Part shown: positions 51,293 through 54,028 of the stretch, piece by piece
How positions within the stretch are numbered: the stretch's first letter is position 1
Layout: every line of letters begins with the position of its first letter
From: Catajapyx aquilonaris
Lineage: Eukaryota
Direction of reading: 5' to 3'
Assembly (NCBI GenBank): GCA_000934665.2
Contig: JYFJ02002615.1
Coordinates: forward strand, 1 to 54,028
DNA length: 54,028 bases
The notes under the pieces: model-generated
The model's database searches: none
The model's input: only the letters and a program-made list of their open reading frames with translations
What the model was told of the DNA's origin: nothing
Translations under genes and position numbers: made by a program

Positions 51293-52251
51293 GTAAGTTG
51301 ATTTACTGCTAAAATCGTACAATGTACAGGATTCACATGAAAATTTGCGTGGTTTGAGATTGACCATGGACCTCTTCGATACTGGGTGTCCAGTTGCGTA
51401 GAATTGCCCGCATTTTCCAAGTAATTTATTTTGACACTTTACATTTTCCATGCATGTCGATTTTATAACATATTGGCGCAGCTGCGATGTTTAGCATGAA
51501 TAGGGTGAGTCAAAGAATATTTGTTGATTATTTACCGTAATATACATGTGTCGCCGTGCAGGTTTTTTGCGCGTATATTTTTACGAGTCATAAGCAGAAT
51601 GGTATGAAAGTAATAACTTCAGTTGTTTTTTTCTTTCTTTGCTGGAGTAAATAAATCACGGGGTTATGCTCTGACATGAAACATGTGTTTGGAAGCAAAG
51701 GTGAAAGCCTGGGAATCAAGAAGGACAATAGTGTCTGGAGAAAAGGAGGAGAACACTTACCGTACTTAAACGCTGCTAATTGGTAAAAACCATCTGTCGG
51801 CTTCAGGCGGTGTAATTATCCTTAGAGAGAGGCGCCTGGACGTGAATCTGAATGACAGCTGCAATCAGCGGTACCTTCATTGTGCTCTTTTTTTCACACA
51901 TGTAAACTTCTGCATCAGCGAAGCACCCTTTCTCCTTTCATTTTTTTTTTTTTGCGCTAAATCATATAACGTGTATCATGTGTGAACAAGAAATAACATA
52001 TCCCAGAGATATTAAACTAAGTAGGCCTACGTATCTGGAATGGCTATTGTATTGAGTCAGTACCTGACAAGGGATGGATGTTTAACTAGAGAGCTAGGAT
52101 GTTTTATAATGATTCCGACAAACTTTTAGGGTGAGTTGCTGGGCACAGCCAGGTGAATCACTTATGAGTGAAACCAGGGTGCCATTTTGTTTTCGCAACC
52201 TTGTTGTACCAAGAAAATTAGCATCAAACAAAGAGTGTAGGCCCTACTATA

Positions 52252-52646
52252 CAGTGTGGTCACGAATTAGTCTGCCAAAATGATACGGGTGGTATGGGGA
52301 TGCGTATGGTAAAGGCATGGCATGGGCCTGAAAGGCCGGCGACGCTACGTCTAGGTATCTATATAGGAGATGTCGACCTTTGACATCGAGAATGTCCATC
52401 CTGACAAGTGTGGACACCCCCGTGCATGCCTCCATTGCTGGTTGCCGGTTCCAGGCGATCGCAGCACGTCTACACAATTGCCTGACCCCGGCAACCAGCG
52501 ATGCAGGGATGCACGGAGGTATCTATACTTGTCAGGATGGACATCGTTGACGTCAACGTCGTCACCGGCCTTTCGGGCCCATACTCATTCGATGCTCACC
52601 CGCTACCATCCGTATCATTTTGGCAGACGAATTAGTGACCACCCTG
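52252..52646. mobile_element. Fold-back MITE, 395 bp, TA TSD; same family as 8458-8851
   Basis: TA-cagtgtggtcacgaattagtctgccaaaatgatacgg ... ccgtatcattttggcagacgaattagtgaccaccctg-TA. Confidence 0.9.
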
Positions 52647-54028
52647 TATACCATCTCCTCCTGTAGGTCGCTGATACAGCTGCGACACTTTGTCACTTCC
52701 GATGCGTGCAATGGATACATGGAGTAGGCATATAGCTTATATCATATACGTAATGTTTTTCACAAATTTACACATAGCTAGGCATAACGGGCATGGCCGG
52801 TCCAAATAAAATCCCATGTAATATAGCTAGGCAATGCATGATTTATCTAGGAAGTGACAGCTTTGTTCTAATTTCTCATTAATTAAGCTAACCTATTCAT
52901 GTCGTCTTGTCAAATTATTATTTTTGGTGAAGATAGGGGGAAGCTATAGCAGGCCTGATTTCATAGCTTTGAAGTCGAATGAGTGGCAACTTGAGATGTT
53001 TTGTAAAGGTGGCGGATAATAATTAGAAGGCCACCTTACTATAAGTGCAGTCTTTTGCTAATTGAAAGACTTGGGCCTATACACAAGAAATCTCCAATAA
53101 ACTTCATGCGATGCACAAAAGGTCCATACCTATATAGTGAGTGAGATGCGAACCTCACAGACTTGATAATGAATAGGCCTGTGCCTTCTGCGTTCAGAGT
53201 TGCAAGTAGCACATTATACTTAACATTGTTTACGCTGACAAAAAATTCCGGATCCTTTCAACTCCTTTGTGAGTATGTGGGTGATACGAATGGTACAACG
53301 CGTTTAGTTGGCACCATATTAGAGCTGTCAACTCTGACAGCGTATACGGCGGTTGAGGTAATACATGATGGGTCACCAATTCCCATCACACATGCATGCT
53401 GTATAATTATGTAGTGTTAGTGTTGTTGCTGTTTGTTCTTCGACCTGTTTTATGCCAGAAGCCCTAACGCAAAAATATTTAATGTCGTATATTATTGTGC
53501 TGCAGACTGATCACAAGTCTTGTGCACATCGTTCTATTCATGACCAGTATGGTTTGTCGGGCGTATAAATAAGCCTATTTTTTGTCAGACAAACGTTTAT
53601 ATGTAAATAATATTTATTTTTTCTGAGAACATCACGCAATTATTGATGGCATACAGAATGAGGACTCTTGGCCATCGTTCACGCAGCATATCCTTAGCGG
53701 GTTTTTAATGCCGTGTGTACTGAAAATAATCGATCTGACATGGCGCGATTTGGAGTAATTGCTGTAACGTTTTGGGGATCACTTATTTATTAAGCCAACT
53801 GCGTCACGTAGGAATAATGGGTAGGATAATGACTACATTTGGTTCAGAGACTGTACGTGTGCGAGAAAATTGGGCGTTATACCGTCCATGTTTGCTATAG
53901 TTCTGTACTAATGTCACGTATTATCATGTGATCGACACAGAATTTCATGTATGAGAGATGCGAGTGATTGCCCCGTGGTCTTCGTTGCCTCTGCCTGGTG
54001 CAATTAAAAGTATACCGTATATATACTA

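Noticed and set aside
1..54028. CRISPR array, prokaryotic operon or defence system
   Set aside because: No regularly spaced direct repeats or long ORFs; the architecture is that of a spliced eukaryotic gene.

Overview
Eukaryotic, intron-rich, roughly 40% GC DNA, most consistent with a large-genome animal (probably an arthropod/insect; this is inference only). The window lies inside one + strand gene, OLA1 (Obg-like ATPase 1, YchF family). Three internal coding exons are visible at 7209-7269, 27415-27542 and 51117-51292. They splice in frame across ~20.1 kb and ~23.6 kb GT-AG introns; the start and end of the gene are outside the window. The most unusual feature is that the first visible exon has no AG acceptor: it follows a CTAAC branch point, a polypyrimidine tract and ...TGCAC|, which points to an AC-terminated (probably AT-AC, U2-like) intron. 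The introns contain about ten TA-flanked fold-back MITEs or decayed Tc1/mariner elements with CAG...CTG ends, and an apparent excess of TACAGTA/TACTGTA and TAGGCCTA words resembling transposon excision footprints. They also contain periodic GC-rich islands with enhancer-, PRE- or insulator-like motif clusters, which fits OLA1 acting as a bystander gene for a neighbouring developmental regulator. Almost all ORFs in the supplied track are spurious.
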